Shown in pieces: positions 18,948 through 20,000 of a DNA stretch of 20,000 nucleotides (positions are counted from its first letter, which is position 1; every line of letters starts with the position of its first letter). The DNA is taken from positions 302,122 through 322,121 of the forward strand of contig QPGO01000036.1 in NCBI GenBank assembly GCA_008632985.1. Reading direction: 5' to 3'. The notes below the pieces were generated by a model. The model was not told where the DNA came from, searched no databases, and saw nothing but the letters and a program-made list of their open reading frames with translations. A program made the position numbers and the translations under genes. The DNA is from Psammoneis japonica. Its lineage: Eukaryota.

Positions 18948-20000
18948 AGTAGGATCGAAGAGGCGTAGTCAAGCAAATTGATGCGTGATTGTGGTAGGGC
19001 AGCAATATAATGGGATGGATTGAATTTACCAGCAAACGTATCAACATCTCGTATTATGTTCAAACTTCTAATCTCGCACGTCCATTTTATGGCCTCTCTG
19101 GTTTGGGTGGCCTGGGAAACGAGGCAAACAAACACGAATCCCACGGAGGATTAGAAATAAGCAGTGGAACGATGCAGTGTGAGTCGCCATAGTGTGCTTA
19201 CGGTCCACAAGGCTGAAGCATTTTCTGACGAAGAAAAGCAAAGACCGAGAACGGAGCAAATCGAAAAACACTTCGCAGCTTATCCCTCCAGCATCTGACT
19301 CCTTACTCAACCGACACTCTCATTCTGTGCTACGGTGTACGGTAGTAAGAAAGCTGGTCATAGTGTCCAACATGACTAGTCTAGCATACGAGTAGGTGTC
19401 GCGATTGTTGGTTGCGGTTGCTGTGAAAAAAATACTAGCGTGGCAGGAAAAACGCAGCGCAGCGACGAAAGCAAACAACTCGAAGAAAACGACTCAACAC
19501 AGTTCGGAGATTTCTGAACGCACTATATGATATCGTCATGTCGGCATGGACGGTCCCAACATGCTGCACCTCGCCTTGAGTTGCTCCGCTGAAATGGCGG
19601 CGCCGCCAGCGTTGCTCATCGTGAAGAGTCGTCACTCGTTACACAGCAGAAAAGTGCGGTGATTGAGCGGTGAGATGCAGTGTGCGTGCGTCGAGCGGCG
19701 GCCGGACGTTGAGAGTTTGAGATAGGTAGATACCGGGGTAGTCTAGGGCCCTAGATAGAGCAGAGAGCGAGCGAGAGGGAGCGATGGATGCTGCAAGGGA
19801 CAAGACACAGTGCATGTTGTGTTCTTGAAATTGGCGACAAATTTAAGAATGAGAAGGAGGCAGTGGTGGTGTGCACCATGTTGAAGGTGCTAGCAGCAAA
19901 AGGTTAAAGGTGCTGCTGGTCAAAAGAGTGGACGCAGCTCTCAGCAAAACAGCTGGTGGGCTGGGCGAGAACAGCTCGCCAAAAACAAAGAAGTCCACCC

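Noticed and set aside
18944..19635. Short ORFs near the window end
   Set aside because: All 80 aa or shorter, with no motifs or splice evidence.

Overview
This is eukaryotic nuclear DNA, most likely a diatom (inference from compact genes, ~80-110 nt GT-AG introns, an HA-domain protein, ASAF-type bipartite presequences and diatom-style ankyrin proteins). Recognisable genes: ADP-ribosylglycohydrolase (with a 1-nt frameshift near the 3' end), a TPR protein, a class I SAM methyltransferase, uridine kinase (1 intron), a 3x helicase-associated (HA) domain protein, an NAD(P)-binding Rossmann protein (3 introns), NAA60-like N-acetyltransferase (2 introns), a 5'-truncated ankyrin gene after a 536-N gap, and a multiply broken ankyrin-like pseudogene. 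The most striking signal is three sharply bounded islands (~1-840, ~10560-12480, ~14940-16595) that have lost almost all TpA and most CpG dinucleotides and are rich in TpG/CpA. CpG loss fits 5mC deamination, but near-total TpA loss does not, and it is the opposite of fungal RIP. The islands contain relic ORFs with essentially no Tyr and excess Cys/His, as expected if TAY codons became TGY/CAY. This suggests a region-targeted hypermutation or genome-defence process acting on silenced, possibly foreign, DNA. All dinucleotide counts are by hand and should be recomputed.
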